DNA from: Octopus vulgaris
Lineage: Eukaryota
DNA: 64,000 nt
Direction: 5' to 3'
Assembly (NCBI GenBank): GCA_951406725.2
Contig: OX597830.1
Span: forward strand, 78,368,001-78,432,000
Numbering within the stretch: the first letter of the stretch is position 1; every line of letters begins with the position of its first letter. The translations under genes were made by a program, and so were the position numbers. The notes under the pieces are model-generated. The model saw only the letters and a program-made list of their open reading frames with translations. It did not search any database and was not told the origin of the DNA. Positions 26,238 through 39,681 of the stretch are shown here, in pieces.

Positions 26238-27253
26238 GTCACCTGTCATTAAGTTCTGGGTTCTAACTCTACTGAGGTCGACTTTGCCTTTCATTCATTC
26301 CAGATCGATAAATTAAGTACCAGTAAAACACTGAGCTCAATGTAATCGACTAGTCTTTCCCACAAAATTTCTGGCCTTGTGCCTTTAGTAGAAAGGATTA
26401 TTATTATTATCGTTATCATTATTATTATGTAAGGGGGTGAGCTGGCAGAATCGTTAGCACGCTGGATGAAATGTTTTGCGATATCTCGCCTGTCGCTACG
26501 TTCTGGGTTCAAATTCCGCCGAGGTAGACTTTGCTTTTCATCCTTTCGGAGTTAATAAATTAACTGCCAGTTGAACTGGTACTTAATTTATTGACCAGTT
26601 CGATGTATTCCACTAGTCCTCTCCCCACAAATTTCAGGCCTTGTGCCTTTAATAGAAAATATTACCATTATTATTGCTGTTGTTGTTAGAACGGCGAAAT
26701 GGTAGGATCAGTAGAGCGTCAAAGAAATGCCTTGCGCTATTCTCCCGCCTCTTTGTGTTCTGATTTCAAGACCTACGAGTTTATCTTCCATTCCTAAAGT
26801 TTTTATTTATTCTTTCATTTCTCTTAATTTTTCCTGCTTCCGTACAAAAAAGCTTGTTCTATATTTTGCAACTGCCAATACTACTTCTCTGACCTCCCAA
26901 AATTACCGTTTCTAAAAATTGCAAAAATGTATAGAAAAAAGACAACTCTTACCAGGAGGACCTGAAAGTTCCATGTCTTTAAGGGTGTGGCGAAAGGCTT
27001 GATTGGAGGTTCAACCTTCTGGGGTTTTTTTTTTTTGCAAGGCTTAGAAAAATTGAAGGATTGCTGCAATAAGGGTGTGAATCTGAGAGGGGAATATGTT
27101 GAATATAATCATAATTAATTGATCCTTCTGTATTTTCTTTTACCCAAACCAGGAACTTTTCAGTAGTTCCTCGCATATTTGACGTTTCAGAAAATGCTAG
27201 CTCCGATTCTTGCATACTTCACCGTTGGGAAAGAAAAAAAAAATCCTCTTTTG

Positions 27254-27580
27254 TATTCTTTGTATAACGGCAAGGCATCTTGCATGCTTGCTTGTCTCTC
27301 CTGAAAATTCGAGTTAGAATTCTTTCTATATAAGACAGTTTGCATGTTTGGCTGTCTCTCTTGAAGATTCTTGTCCGGAATCTTTTATATAAAAATGACA
27401 GCTTCCATGTTTGGTTGTCTACGAAATTCAGAATCGGATTCTTTGTATAAAATACAAGACAGCTTGCATGATTGGCTGTCCCTGAAAATTCCAGTTTGGA
27501 TTCTTCATTTTGAAGTCAAGACAGCATTTGTTTTTCGTTTACTTCAAAAATCGAAGAACAGATTCTTGGTATAAAAGCAG
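27254..27580. repeat. Degenerate ~60 bp minisatellite, about 5 units
   Basis: Recurring ATTCTTTGTATAAAA..AAGACAGCTTGCATG.TTGGCTGTC..TGAAAATTC. Confidence 0.75.
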
Positions 27581-28207
27581 AAATTCCTGGCAGGGGATGA
27601 TGTGGGGAAGAAATAATAACAAAGATATGAATAAATAAAATATACAAATAAAGTAAATGAATAAATAAATAAATAATAGATAAATGATAAATAGATAAAT
27701 AAATAAATGAAGCGGTTGTGACGAATTCCAAAGAATTTATAAATATTGCAGATATGTCATCTTGAAAATCGTTTACCACTTCTATTCAGGTTAGGTGTGG
27801 GACATATCTAACAGTTTTTGTCTTTCTTTCCGTTACTCACACATCGCTGAAGACTGGGTCGTTGGATTTTTTATGCCATATTCCTAGATATTTTTTGTTG
27901 ATTCATATTTGGTTTTTTAAATATTTTTTCATGTAATTCAAATTTGCATCATTTGGTTTCTCTAGCTCTTAACTATATCAGCCACTAAAATCAGAAATGC
28001 ACACTCATGCATACACACACTTATGCATACACACATACACACATATGTGTGTATACATATACACGTGTGCCTATATATACCTATATGCATACATGCGTGT
28101 GTGCATGTGTCTAATGATATATATAAATATATATATATATATATCATATACAGACACATTTATGCATTATACCCATATGCACATATATACACAAATGCAT
28201 ATATATG

Positions 28208-28273
<66 letters not shown>

Positions 28274-28679
28274 TGTTTGTGTATATATATGTATGCATTA
28301 TGTATGTATGTATGTATGTATGTATGTATGTATGTATGTATGCATGCATGTATGTATGTATGTATGTATAAAATATCTAGCAGTGACGATCATTCTATGC
28401 TTCTCTGATGAGATTTAATAACACCTGAATATTTTCCAAGTTATCTCCCTTACTCCCGCATTTCATTCTATATCAAATTTTCTTTTATTAATTCTTATTT
28501 CTGACTTATCATTCTTTCACTTGCCATATTAAATAAGAAACATTCTTATTAAATATCGTTCACATAACGATTTTTATCTCGTTGTGATGTAACTTTAACG
28601 ATTTACATGGTTTTAAATTTCCCGCCTACGATATGGTTGTGAAACATGGTAGATGACGTCATTATCATCATTAAGTTCC

Positions 28680-29200
28680 CTTAACTGGTGCAACCTGTCT
28701 TAGGGGTTTGACTCAATACGCTTTTTCCATCAATCGTCGCCACTGGCCTTCTGCTCGTTGTCATGCGTAGCAGGGTCGCAGTGTTGTGATCTGTCCAGTC
28801 CTTGATGTTGCTGGACCAGGATTTCCCCTGTCTGCCCCTCCTGCGTCACCCGTCAAGCGTGGCCTAAAGAATAGTCTTTGACAGGTCGTTATGGCGGGAT
28901 ACTTGACCGTACCATGCAAGCTTTCGTCTTTTCAGCTGCACAAGAAAAAGTTCTTGTTCGCCAACATATTTTTCGACTTATTTGCTTCACAATGCTGTTC
29001 GTTTAGAGTTCTATGTACGGGATGCGTTGCAGCCTTCTGAAGCACTTGTACTCAAATGCCTGCATTCTTCATGCTACGTCAACTGTGTCCAGGTCACACG
29101 TCCATCTAAAAAGATCGTAGTTACTAGGGACTTGTATACACTGAGTTTCGTTGGTACAGCCAAGAAAAGTAACTGGATGCTTATGGCGTCAGGTGGCTCC
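28680..29200 (-). mobile_element. Degenerate RTE-clade LINE 3' end
   Basis: Minus-strand translation KLSVYKSLVTTIFLDGRVTWT..MQAFEYKCFRRL..LKRRKLAWYGQVSRHNDLSKTIL..RRRGRQGKSWSSNIKDWT with stops. Confidence 0.85.
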
Positions 29201-29589
29201 AGATAACACACACACACATGCATATGTGTGCGTATATGCATATGCACATATGTGTGTTTGTGTACGCTTATACCCATTCGTATATGTGTGAGTGTGCGCT
29301 CTTGGTTATAGTAGCTGATCTAGATAAGAGTTCCATGATTCAGAGTATGCAAATTCAAATTATATGAAGAACAGATTTAAAAAGCCAACGAAGAATATCC
29401 AGTAGTATAGTATTAGAAAATCCAACGACCCAGTCTTCAGCGATGCGTGAGTAACAGAAAAAAATCTTTCACCTCCTGTTCCCCACCTAACCTGAATTTC
29501 TGCAATATTTATAAATTCTTTGGAATTCATGACCACTCCAGAAAAGAGCAAATGGAGAGACTTTTTCAAAAACGAGGTCAGAAAAGGAG

Positions 29590-29863
29590 CAGACTAGTGC
29601 TTGGTGTCTCTCACCCCCTGCGAGCGATGACTGGGTTTGCTGGAATATGTTGCAAGCTTGCTGACGAACAGAATCGCCAACCAAATCCTTAAGAAGAACC
29701 CACATGAGCGAACGGCACATGTGACGCCCAAAGATGAAAGTGTCGCTAGACAATTGACAGATAGACGTGGGTAGACCTGCAATGGAACGATGCATTGAGG
29801 GTAACTGGTGACCGATCTTGTAAGAGGTCTTTGACTGCCTGTTGCGTCGCCCAATGCCGGAGC
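29590..29863 (+). mobile_element. Highly degenerate RTE-like LINE 3' end, interrupted by a SINE
   Basis: Mixed frames give NRIANQILK.NP and LQWNDALRVTGDRSC.RSLTA, matching the RTE C-terminal pattern; resumes at ~30171. Confidence 0.5.
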
Positions 29864-30158
29864 GGATGGAGGCACATGGCCTATTGGTTAGAGCAGTGGC
29901 TCGCGGTCGAGGGATCACGGGTTCGAATCTCAGACCGGACTATGTATGTGTTTATGAGCGAGACACCTAAACTCCAAAAGGTAATGGCGAAACTTCTGCT
30001 GACTCTTTCGCCACAACCTTCTCTCGCTATTTTCTCCTCCATCTTGCGGCTCACCTGCGACGGACTGGCGTCCCGTCCTGGTGGGGTACCTACATGCCAA
30101 GAAACCGGGAAACCGGCCCTTATGAGCCAGGCATGGCTCGAGAAGGAACAAACAACAA
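29864..30158 (+). mobile_element. Full-length tRNA-derived SINE, family D, with (ACA)n tail and 12 bp TSD
   Basis: A box TGGCCTATTGG, B box GGTTCGAATCT; TSD CAATGCC(G/A)GAGC at 29852-29863 and 30159-30170. Confidence 0.85.
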
Positions 30159-30966
30159 CAATGCCAGAGCACCTAAGTCCAAATCAACTTTTACCAATTA
30201 ACTGTGCATTTTATATGCAGCATGCGTCCATGGGAACATTTAGTCGCACACCTCCTCACATCCATCCCACAGTCATTTTTATCTCATCTTAGCTTGGCTT
30301 GGCTTAGCTTAGCTGAGATTTCTACCTTAACCTTTTCTTTCTGTCTGTCTGTCTATCTATCTGCATGTCTGTCTATCATCTGTATATTTGTGTCTGTGTG
30401 TCGCTATAAGGCAATGAGAGACTTGTCTATCAGCCATAGTGTAATATTGACCTTAAAGTTCAACTCCGTACAATGTGCTATCGGTGATTAGATGTCTTCA
30501 CAATATAATATACATCACAAATAATAAACTCGCCTGACAAATCCGCCATTCCGAATCACTTAGAATATTGTCAGGTATAATATTTCATTTTGAATGTGAG
30601 ATGTGTGTGCGTATATGTGTCATGTGTGTATGTGTGAATATGAGTGTGTGTGTGTATGTATGTATTTGTGTGTGCGTGTTTCATTGTGACTGTATGTGAG
30701 TATGAGTATGTTGAATTGCGTGATATGCGGTGCGTAAGATAAGAGATGTGTGATAGAAAGAGAGAGGTGTTGTTTTGTGTGTGTCTGCAAAGTGTGTTTG
30801 TGTGTGTGTGAGGCTATACGTACGTATTTACTTCTATATGTGTGTATATATATAGGTAGATAGACGGATATATATGCATACATGTTTGTATATGTATAAA
30901 GATAGATAGATAGATAGATATAGACGTATGTATGTATATATGCACATGTATGCATATTATTAATAT

Positions 30967-31012
<46 letters not shown>

Positions 31013-31319
31013 GTCCCTGTGTGTGTGTGTGTGTGTACTAATACGTCTGTGTGTATACTTATATATATATACACACGTGTATATGTAAATATATGTGTGC
31101 AGACCTGTATGTATATATGTACGAGTGTTTATTATTCCAAAATGTTACAAGATGTGTCCTACATAAACTAAGCTGAGTTCATTTTAAGGTAAATCTATCG
31201 AACTGTATCAGTGCAGCTGTTAATATGTGGGTGCTGTTAGTGTATCAGACCGGTAGCAGTGAGGTACAGCGTTCAATTCACGTTCGCGAATTAGCTGTCA
31301 GTTGCTACCTTCTTTTTCG

Positions 31320-31390
<71 letters not shown>

Positions 31391-32913
31391 CTAAGGAAAT
31401 TTATTCAGTGCATGAAGTATAGTTAACACTGGTTTTAAATTCTGGCACAAGGCCAGCAATTTTATGACCAGCTCAGTGGATTACATCGACCCTAATACTT
31501 GACTGGTACCTATTTTATCTACCCAGCAAGGATCAAAAACCACCTTTGCGGAATTTGAACTCACAATAAAGAGTCGGAAGAAATGCTGCTAAGCATTTTT
31601 ACCGACGAGCTAAGCATTCTACCAGAGCCAATTATTCTTCCAAAGCGGACCATTCTGCCAGATCGGTGCACTGAGTATAGTTCATGAGCCTTCTTTCTAG
31701 AATAAGGCACAGGGCCTGAAATTATGTGGGAAGGAAGGTGTTTAGCCGATTACATCGATCCCAGTGCTCAATTAGTACTTAATTTATCGACCCCGAAACG
31801 ATGAAAAGCAAAATCGGCCTCGGTGGCATTTTAAGTCAGAACGAAAAGCCGGAAGAAATGCTACTGAGCATTTTGTCCGCCACGCTAACTAACTTCTACC
31901 AGCTCCACGTCTTAGAGCATAATTAATTATGATAGTCGTGTTAGAAATGAATCACCGCTTTTCAACACGACTTATGCTGCGAGCTGGCAAAATCGTTAGC
32001 GCATCGAATATAATACTTAGTAGCAATGCATCTGATTCTTTATGTTATGAGTTCGAATTCCACCGAGGCTGTCTGTACCTTTCACTGCGTCAGGGTCAAA
32101 ACAATTAAGTACTTGTTAAGTACTCAAGTTGATGGTATCAACTAAGTCCCTTCCCTTAAAATCTTAAGCCTCGTACCTAAATTGATTTCAGATTTTAGCA
32201 CAAGGGCCAGTAAATTTGGGGAAGCGGGGAAGTCGATTACATCGACCCCAGTGCTCGACTTGTACAGGACAAAGTCGACCTCACCGGAATTTCAACTCAG
32301 AACGTAAGGACAGACGAAATGCCGCTAAGTGTTTTGCCCGACGTGCTAACGATTCTGCCAGTTCGGCGCCTTAGTACCTAAACTGAAAATAATTATTACA
32401 CACACACACACACACATACACACGTACTACATCGGTTTTCCGGAACCTCTGTTTCCAAGGCTTTTCCGGATTACTGATTTTTCCGAACTAGGGATACAAA
32501 GAGTATTAAATGAAATACCGGTTCCTGAAAATTGGGTGCAAATTAAAGCTGATTATAAGAAGTTCCGGACCGTCAGTGTTCGGAAAATCGGGCCGGGTCT
32601 ATAGTAAAAGACACGCAGTGGGACTGAACCCGGAACCATGTGGTTAGGAAATGAACTTCTTACCACCTAACCACGCCTGGATACACTTCGTGTCTCTCCA
32701 TTTTCAGTTGATTTCCCGCAGAGTCGGCAAAACGTAGCTTTCTTTGAAATATTTTGATGTAAGTCACGTAATGGGTTATTTGTATGTAAGGGACAATGGA
32801 AAGCAAGCAAAACGAAGGGAAAGGCGTTCTGTGTTGATTTCTTTATCAATAGTATCTTATATGCTCTATACATACATACGTGCATGAATACGTATATACA
32901 TATCCTCATCGAC

Positions 32914-32946
<33 letters not shown>

Positions 32947-33036
32947 TACACAAATATATATATGTATGTATACGTTCGTATGTACATATGCACTTGTGCA
33001 TGCATCTCTCTCTCTCTCATTCTCTCTCTCTTTCTT

Positions 33037-33083
<47 letters not shown>

Positions 33084-33097
33084 GATATGTATGTATG

Positions 33098-33212
<115 letters not shown>

Positions 33213-33333
33213 ACACACATACGTACATACTTTCATACATATATGATCATGTAGACGTGTATGTATATGCGTCCGTTTGCACACATACATGCATACATGT
33301 GTGTGTGTGTCTGGCGCGCGAACGCACACACAC

Positions 33334-33386
<53 letters not shown>

Positions 33387-34049
33387 TATACTCACACGTA
33401 TATGCAGATGTACATACACTTTTAATATGTCTGTGAGCTGATGGGTGGAGTAAAATAAATCAACTTCCTGCTTACAATTAACTGTCAATCTTCGACCCCC
33501 CACCCTCACTCACTCTCACTCCCCCTTTATCTCTCTCTCTCTCTCTCTTTCTCTCTCTGTCACTCATCTCAGATCTTTAGCATATTAAGTAACACATGGC
33601 AAATGGTGGCAGTGACAGACTCAATAGCCACAGCTGGTTGGTGAGTTCATATGACACACTCCCTCCACCGTACATTTTCTATATTACGTGACCCACTATT
33701 GTTCTCTGTGTGTGCGTGTGTCTTTGTTGGTAGGTTGTTTGTGCATACTTACATACATGTGTGTATGTGTGTGTGTGCGTGATTTTAGTGCACTGTGTTC
33801 ATGTTATGGTAAAGATATGTAAGCACTATGTCTATTAGATCGTACGTGTGTGTGTGTGTGTCATTGTGGTTGTATGTGTGCTCTCTCTTTTAGGTATGTA
33901 ATTACTATGTCTGTCACAGTGCGCGCGCGAGTTTGTGTATGAGTTTTTATGTGTGTTTTTCGTACAATATGCCTATGCCTATGTGTGTATGTTTCTGTCT
34001 TTAATGGTAGGTTGTATATATATGCATGTGTATATATATATATATATAC

Positions 34050-34267
34050 ATAGTTAATCCAAACATGAAAACACAAAGAGAAAACACAACAACACGAGGA
34101 CGTGGAACAAGTATAGTATTATTGGTCGCTCAAGAAAGAAGGAAAGAAGGAGGGTTTAACGTTTCGAGCGGAGCTCTTCGTCCGAGACATAGGAATAGGA
34201 AAGATCCAAGGAAGGGAAGATGGAGGAATGAAATCGTCAACGGTGCACTTGCGGCCACATTTTGAAC

Positions 34268-34343
<76 letters not shown>

Positions 34344-34553
34344 AATGTGACCGCGTGTGTACCGTTGACGATTTTTCCCCCGTCTTCCCTTCCTTGGATC
34401 TTTCCTTTTCTTATGCTTCTGACGAAGAGCTCCGCTCGGAACTTTAAATCCTCTTTTTGTCTTTCTTTTCCTGAGCGTCCAATAACACTATACTTGTTCC
34501 ACGTCCTCGCGTTGTTGTGTTTTCTCTTTGTGTTTTCATGTTTGGATTAACTA
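34050..34553. mobile_element. Two inverted ~215 bp Penelope-like terminal repeats around a central (TA)n, each with a mutated minimal hammerhead
   Basis: 34050-34266 is the diverged reverse complement of 34339-34553; inferred consensus GTTT-CTGACGA-AGAGC-TCC-GCTC-GAAAC-GTT-AAAC. Confidence 0.75.
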
Positions 34554-34560
34554 TATATAT

Positions 34561-34611
<51 letters not shown>

Positions 34612-36774
34612 CATGTGTGTGTGGTTTTAGTGCAGTGTGACAATATGTTATCCAGTAGATGCTGTGTCATTACTATTTCTGTTTGACTCACTCTGTGTGT
34701 GTGTGTGTGTGTGTTTTGTTGGAATTCTTTCTATGGAGAAGGAAGTGTCTTCTAGCAAAGAAACAATCCACTACCGTATTAATTCAAATGACATCGACGG
34801 TGAAGTGTTCCATGTTGAACTTTAGATATTTCTTGCATATTATGTTTGTTCCTCTTACAGATTTTAATTGTGAAATTTGGGAAATAGTCACATTAGCTTG
34901 CCACATTCTTTGCCTGAAAAGCAATCCTCAATATTTCGAGATTAACACTTTAATAGTTATTCATGCTAGTTGCTGGCATGATTCCGTGGTTTCTTGAAGC
35001 TCGTTTTGCTACCACGAGGTTTTAGGTTCCGTCCCTCTGCTCGTCACGTTGTGAAATTGTCTTCTACTGCAACCGACAATTCCCGATAGAGTCGATTTGC
35101 TCGACTAAACCGTTTTAGACGTTGTTCCAGCATGGCCGCAGTTCAATGACTGAAACAAGACAAAAAAAAAATGGTAGTATATGTGAAGAGGATCGGAAAC
35201 ACAACTGATAAAAGGGAAAGGGATACAGAAAAAATGTAAAAGAAACGCTGGTCTTTACTTTCTCATTCCATTGACATATTCTGTCTCATTAACTGTTATT
35301 CTGTTATTCTGCTTGTTTTCATCTGCAAATCCAAAATTCCTTTCTATCATTGATATGCATCAGATTAACCCTTTGCTTGTCCTAGGCATCACATGTGATA
35401 CACGAGACGTTTTTTTTCTTTTCCCCTGGTGTCCATGCATCATGTATGATACTCATTCCCATTCATTTTTCAACCGCCACAGTAACTTGGGACTTACGGA
35501 AAGGAAGCTTTGTATTGCTCTGAACTTAGGAAACGAAGGCTAACTAAAAGTCTGAAAACAAGTTATGGACGTTTAGGACAAAGTTTTGAAAATACTTTGG
35601 ACAGGCAGAGTGTTAATTGACAATATCTGCGATATCTCTGTGGCTGAACTCTAGGTTCAAGACATGATTACAACAAACGTATCACCGTAATATCCACAGA
35701 GACCATATCTGCTATACGTAAGACTTTAACGCAACAGACAAGGAGCTTGCCTGCTGTATGTAAGTCTTTAAACAGATAGAGACTCTTTAAACAGATAGAG
35801 ACTGCGCTTGCCATTGGTGGACGTGGTCTGAGCTAACTTCCTTTTCTTTAGTCGTTTCTTTTATTCCTTTCGCTCATTGGGCAGCGGTCATGCTGGGGCA
35901 ACGCCTTAAAGGGTTTTAGTCGAACCAATCGAGTCTAGTATTTATTTTTAAATCTGGTACATAGCCTATCGATCTCTTTTGCCGAACCGTTAAGCTACGT
36001 TAACCTTAACAAATATCAGCTGTCAAGCGCTGGTGGTGTACAAACTCTCACTCTCTCTCTCTCTCTCTCTCTCTCACCCACTCTCTCTCACTCTCTCTCT
36101 CTTCCTCACTCTTACTTCCACCGCCACCCCACAGAGATTTCAGCGCAAATTCACTCACAAGGCATTGGTCAGCTCGGCACTATAGCAGAAGAGATTTACC
36201 CGAAGTGCCATCCATATACACCATACACACACCTATATCACATTCTCTCATTCTATATCGTTCTGTACGAGCCATACTTAGGTGGTGGTGGTGGTGGTGG
36301 TGGTGGTGGTGGTGGTAGTGGTCGTGGTCGTGGTGGTGGTCGTGTTGGTGGTGGTGTTGGTGGTGGTGGTGGTGGTTGTCGTCGTGGTTGTCGTCGTGGG
36401 AGAAAACGATCGTGACGGTGATGATGGTGATAATGATGAGCGAAGTAATGGTAACTCTATAGAGGTTATGATGTCGATGATGATGGTAGTGATGGTTACG
36501 TTTTACGAGGAAGATGGTGATAGGGTCGGTGGTGGTGGTGGTGGTGGTGGTGGTGGTGGTGGTGATGGTGGTGGTGGTGATAACATTGGCTGAGATAACT
36601 GGGTTTTGAGAATGGAAACGGTGAAAGTTAGGCTGAGAGGAGGATGATGGCAGACAGGAGGGGTGAGAAAGATAAAGAGAGAGAGAGAGAGAGATGGGAG
36701 GGGAAGAGGGAGAGAAAGAGAGAAGCTATAACAACATACAAAGCGGGGGGGGGAGAGCAGGAGAATGAGAGGAT

Positions 36775-36835
<61 letters not shown>

Positions 36836-37564
36836 TGCGTGAGAGAGAGAAAGAGAGAGGAAGAGAGGAGACAGACGTTAAGGTACATAGAAAGAAGAAG
36901 GGAGAGAATATCAGGCGCACCATCAGAAACACGCGCACACGTATGTATATATATATATGTGTATAAAAAGGGAGAGAGGGGGAGATTGTGGCGTGAATAA
37001 AAGATAGAAAGCTATGGGGTGGGGACTCATCGACTTCCAATCCGTTTTTTATGTTATATATATATATATATGTTTGTGCTTTTTCAATTGTATTTCTTTT
37101 TTATTTTTCCATTGGTTATTTCTTCCTTCCCGCCAATTTTTTCCCGCCTTCTTCACTCCTCTCATCTTCCTCCACCCTTGGTTTCTCTGCACCCTTCTCC
37201 TCTCTCTTCCTTCCTCTCCTTCTCTCCTCCTCCTCTCCCCCTCTCTCTCTCTCTATCTATCTGTCTGTCTATCTATCTCTATCCCACTATCTTTCTATCT
37301 CTCTCTTTTCGATCCTTCTCCTCCTGCTGCTTCTCTCAGCACGACTCCCTTGGAACTCTGTAATTGTCAGGAAGTCCGTGAGAAGAATCGGTAACTCTAA
37401 AAGCAAGAGTCCAGTGCTTGGTCTGTCAGATATCTCTTTGATGCTAATCAATCAATCAAAGGAACAGCGTTCCTGTTCGACATTCAACAGAAAATGTGTT
37501 AACATGTCCACGGGACACATTTCGCCCTGACGTCTACCTTCTCTCCCTCTGACTCACCAATTTC

Positions 37565-37712
<148 letters not shown>

Positions 37713-38079
37713 TATAGGATAACATTTTTCGGAAAAAATGTTATCAATGGCCAGCATATTAAAAAGCACCTTTAAAAGTTAAATTCATAAACAACTTATA
37801 GTGAATCAAATGGTTATGGACGATGTGTCTAGTTTTGGCATATTAGAAATTTTTTCATTTGCCCTTGTTGTGTGTATATATATATATGTTCTCAGGTCGA
37901 GGTTTTGGGCGATTGCAGCCCTTCTGAGCTTATGTATACATTTCTCTGCTTTTCCTACAGCATTAGAGCATTTTAACTCTCAGTTCTAGCAATGTAGATG
38001 TCTTGACACACTTAGTCGCGTTTACTGACAATTGTATTTTTCCTTTATGGTAACACATTGCGCTTGGCTGTTTATATTA

Positions 38080-38125
<46 letters not shown>

Positions 38126-38372
38126 AATATGCTTCTATGTGTGTATGTGAGTGTGTGTTTGTGAGAGTGTGTGTTAGATAATTAAACGAATGGTTTATAC
38201 CTGGTAGCATATTGATAAAGCATGGTCACATTCGCAGTCTTCCAGTTACCATATGTATGTATATATATGTATATTTATGCACACGCACGTACACACACAA
38301 ACGCATATATATACACGCACACACATACATATGTATGTACACACACATATACATAAACAGATACATACATAC

Positions 38373-38428
<56 letters not shown>

Positions 38429-38621
38429 CGGTTCAGCAATAAGTGACCGATGGAGCTAGTACTAGGCTTACAAAGGATAAGTCCAGTGGACGATTTGTTC
38501 GAGTATAGCATGGCCGCAGTTAAATGACTGAAAGAAATAAAAGAAAAGAATATATATGCGCGAGTGCATATGTACACACACATACACACACACAGACACA
38601 CACACACCCACACAAACACGT

Positions 38622-38684
<63 letters not shown>

Positions 38685-38900
38685 CGGAGTAGATAAAACA
38701 GGGGACAACCGATGATGGGAATGCTCTTTAAGTTGCATGTCTCGTTTCTCTGTTTGTTTTTTCGTTGTTCGAAAGAAAGTTAGTTTTCGGTTTTCGTTTT
38801 TGTTCTCGTTTTTCATTCTGTCTACGTTTCTTTTGATGTCCTGTACCCATATATGCATGTATATATACAAATATGCAGGTATGTACATATGCATATCTGT

Positions 38901-39296
38901 CTTTTACTCTCTTTTACTTGTTTCAGTCATTTGACTGCGGCCATGCTGGTGCACCGCCTTTAGTCGAGCAAATCGACCCCGGGACTTATTCTTTGTAAGC
39001 CCAGTACTTATTCTATCGGTCTCTTTCTTCCGAACCGTGACGGGAACGTAAACACACCAGCATCGGTTGTCAAGCAATGCTAGGGGGACAAACACAGACA
39101 CCCAAACACACACACACACATATATATATACATATATACGACAGGCTTCTTTCAGATTCCATCTACCAAATCCACTCACAAGGCATTGGTCGGCCCGGGG
39201 CTATAGCAGAAGACTCTTGCCCAAGATACCACGCAGTGGGACTGAACCCGGAAGCTTGTGGTTCGTAAGCAAGCTACTTACCACACAGCCACTCCT
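38901..39296 (-). mobile_element. Full-length SINE family B
   Basis: Complete head, CORE-like segment, internal (TA)(TG) tract and tail; collinear with 60191-60608. Confidence 0.88.
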
Positions 39297-39324
39297 ATAT
39301 ATTATTATTATTATTATTATTGTT

Positions 39325-39389
<65 letters not shown>

Positions 39390-39395
<6 letters not shown>

Positions 39396-39637
39396 CCTAC
39401 ATGGGGTGGATGCAGATGTCTTTAAAATGAAACTGGATCTCTTCTTGTCAGGTATCTCAGATGAACCAACTTCACGGCAGGAGGTGCAGATGAGGGCAGC
39501 TGCATCGAACTCTCTCATGCACCAAATGGCAGTTGCTAAAAAGCATTCGTGAAGTAAAACCATGTAGCAACACCAAATGGCGGTGCCCCAGCATGGTCAC
39601 AACTCGTGAGCTGAAACTAGAATCAATCAATCAATCA

Positions 39638-39640
<3 letters not shown>
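39390..39640 (+). mobile_element. 5'-truncated CR1-like LINE 3' end with (AATC)n tail, inside (TA)n
   Basis: RDLHGVDADVFKMKLDLFLSGISDEP...RAAASNSLMHQ resembles invertebrate CR1/L2-group ORF2 C-termini; short 3' UTR with hairpin. Confidence 0.75.

Positions 39641-39681
<41 letters not shown>

Noticed and set aside
27254-27580. CRISPR-like periodicity
   Set aside because: Units are homologous along their whole length with no unique spacers; eukaryotic context with no cas genes.
28400-28450. CTGATGAG in an element next to (CATA)n
   Set aside because: No downstream GAAA, stem III or cleavage triplet.
32425-32606. Possible Tigger/pogo-like MITE with TTTTCCG(G)AA motifs
   Set aside because: Termini too degenerate to define TIRs by eye.
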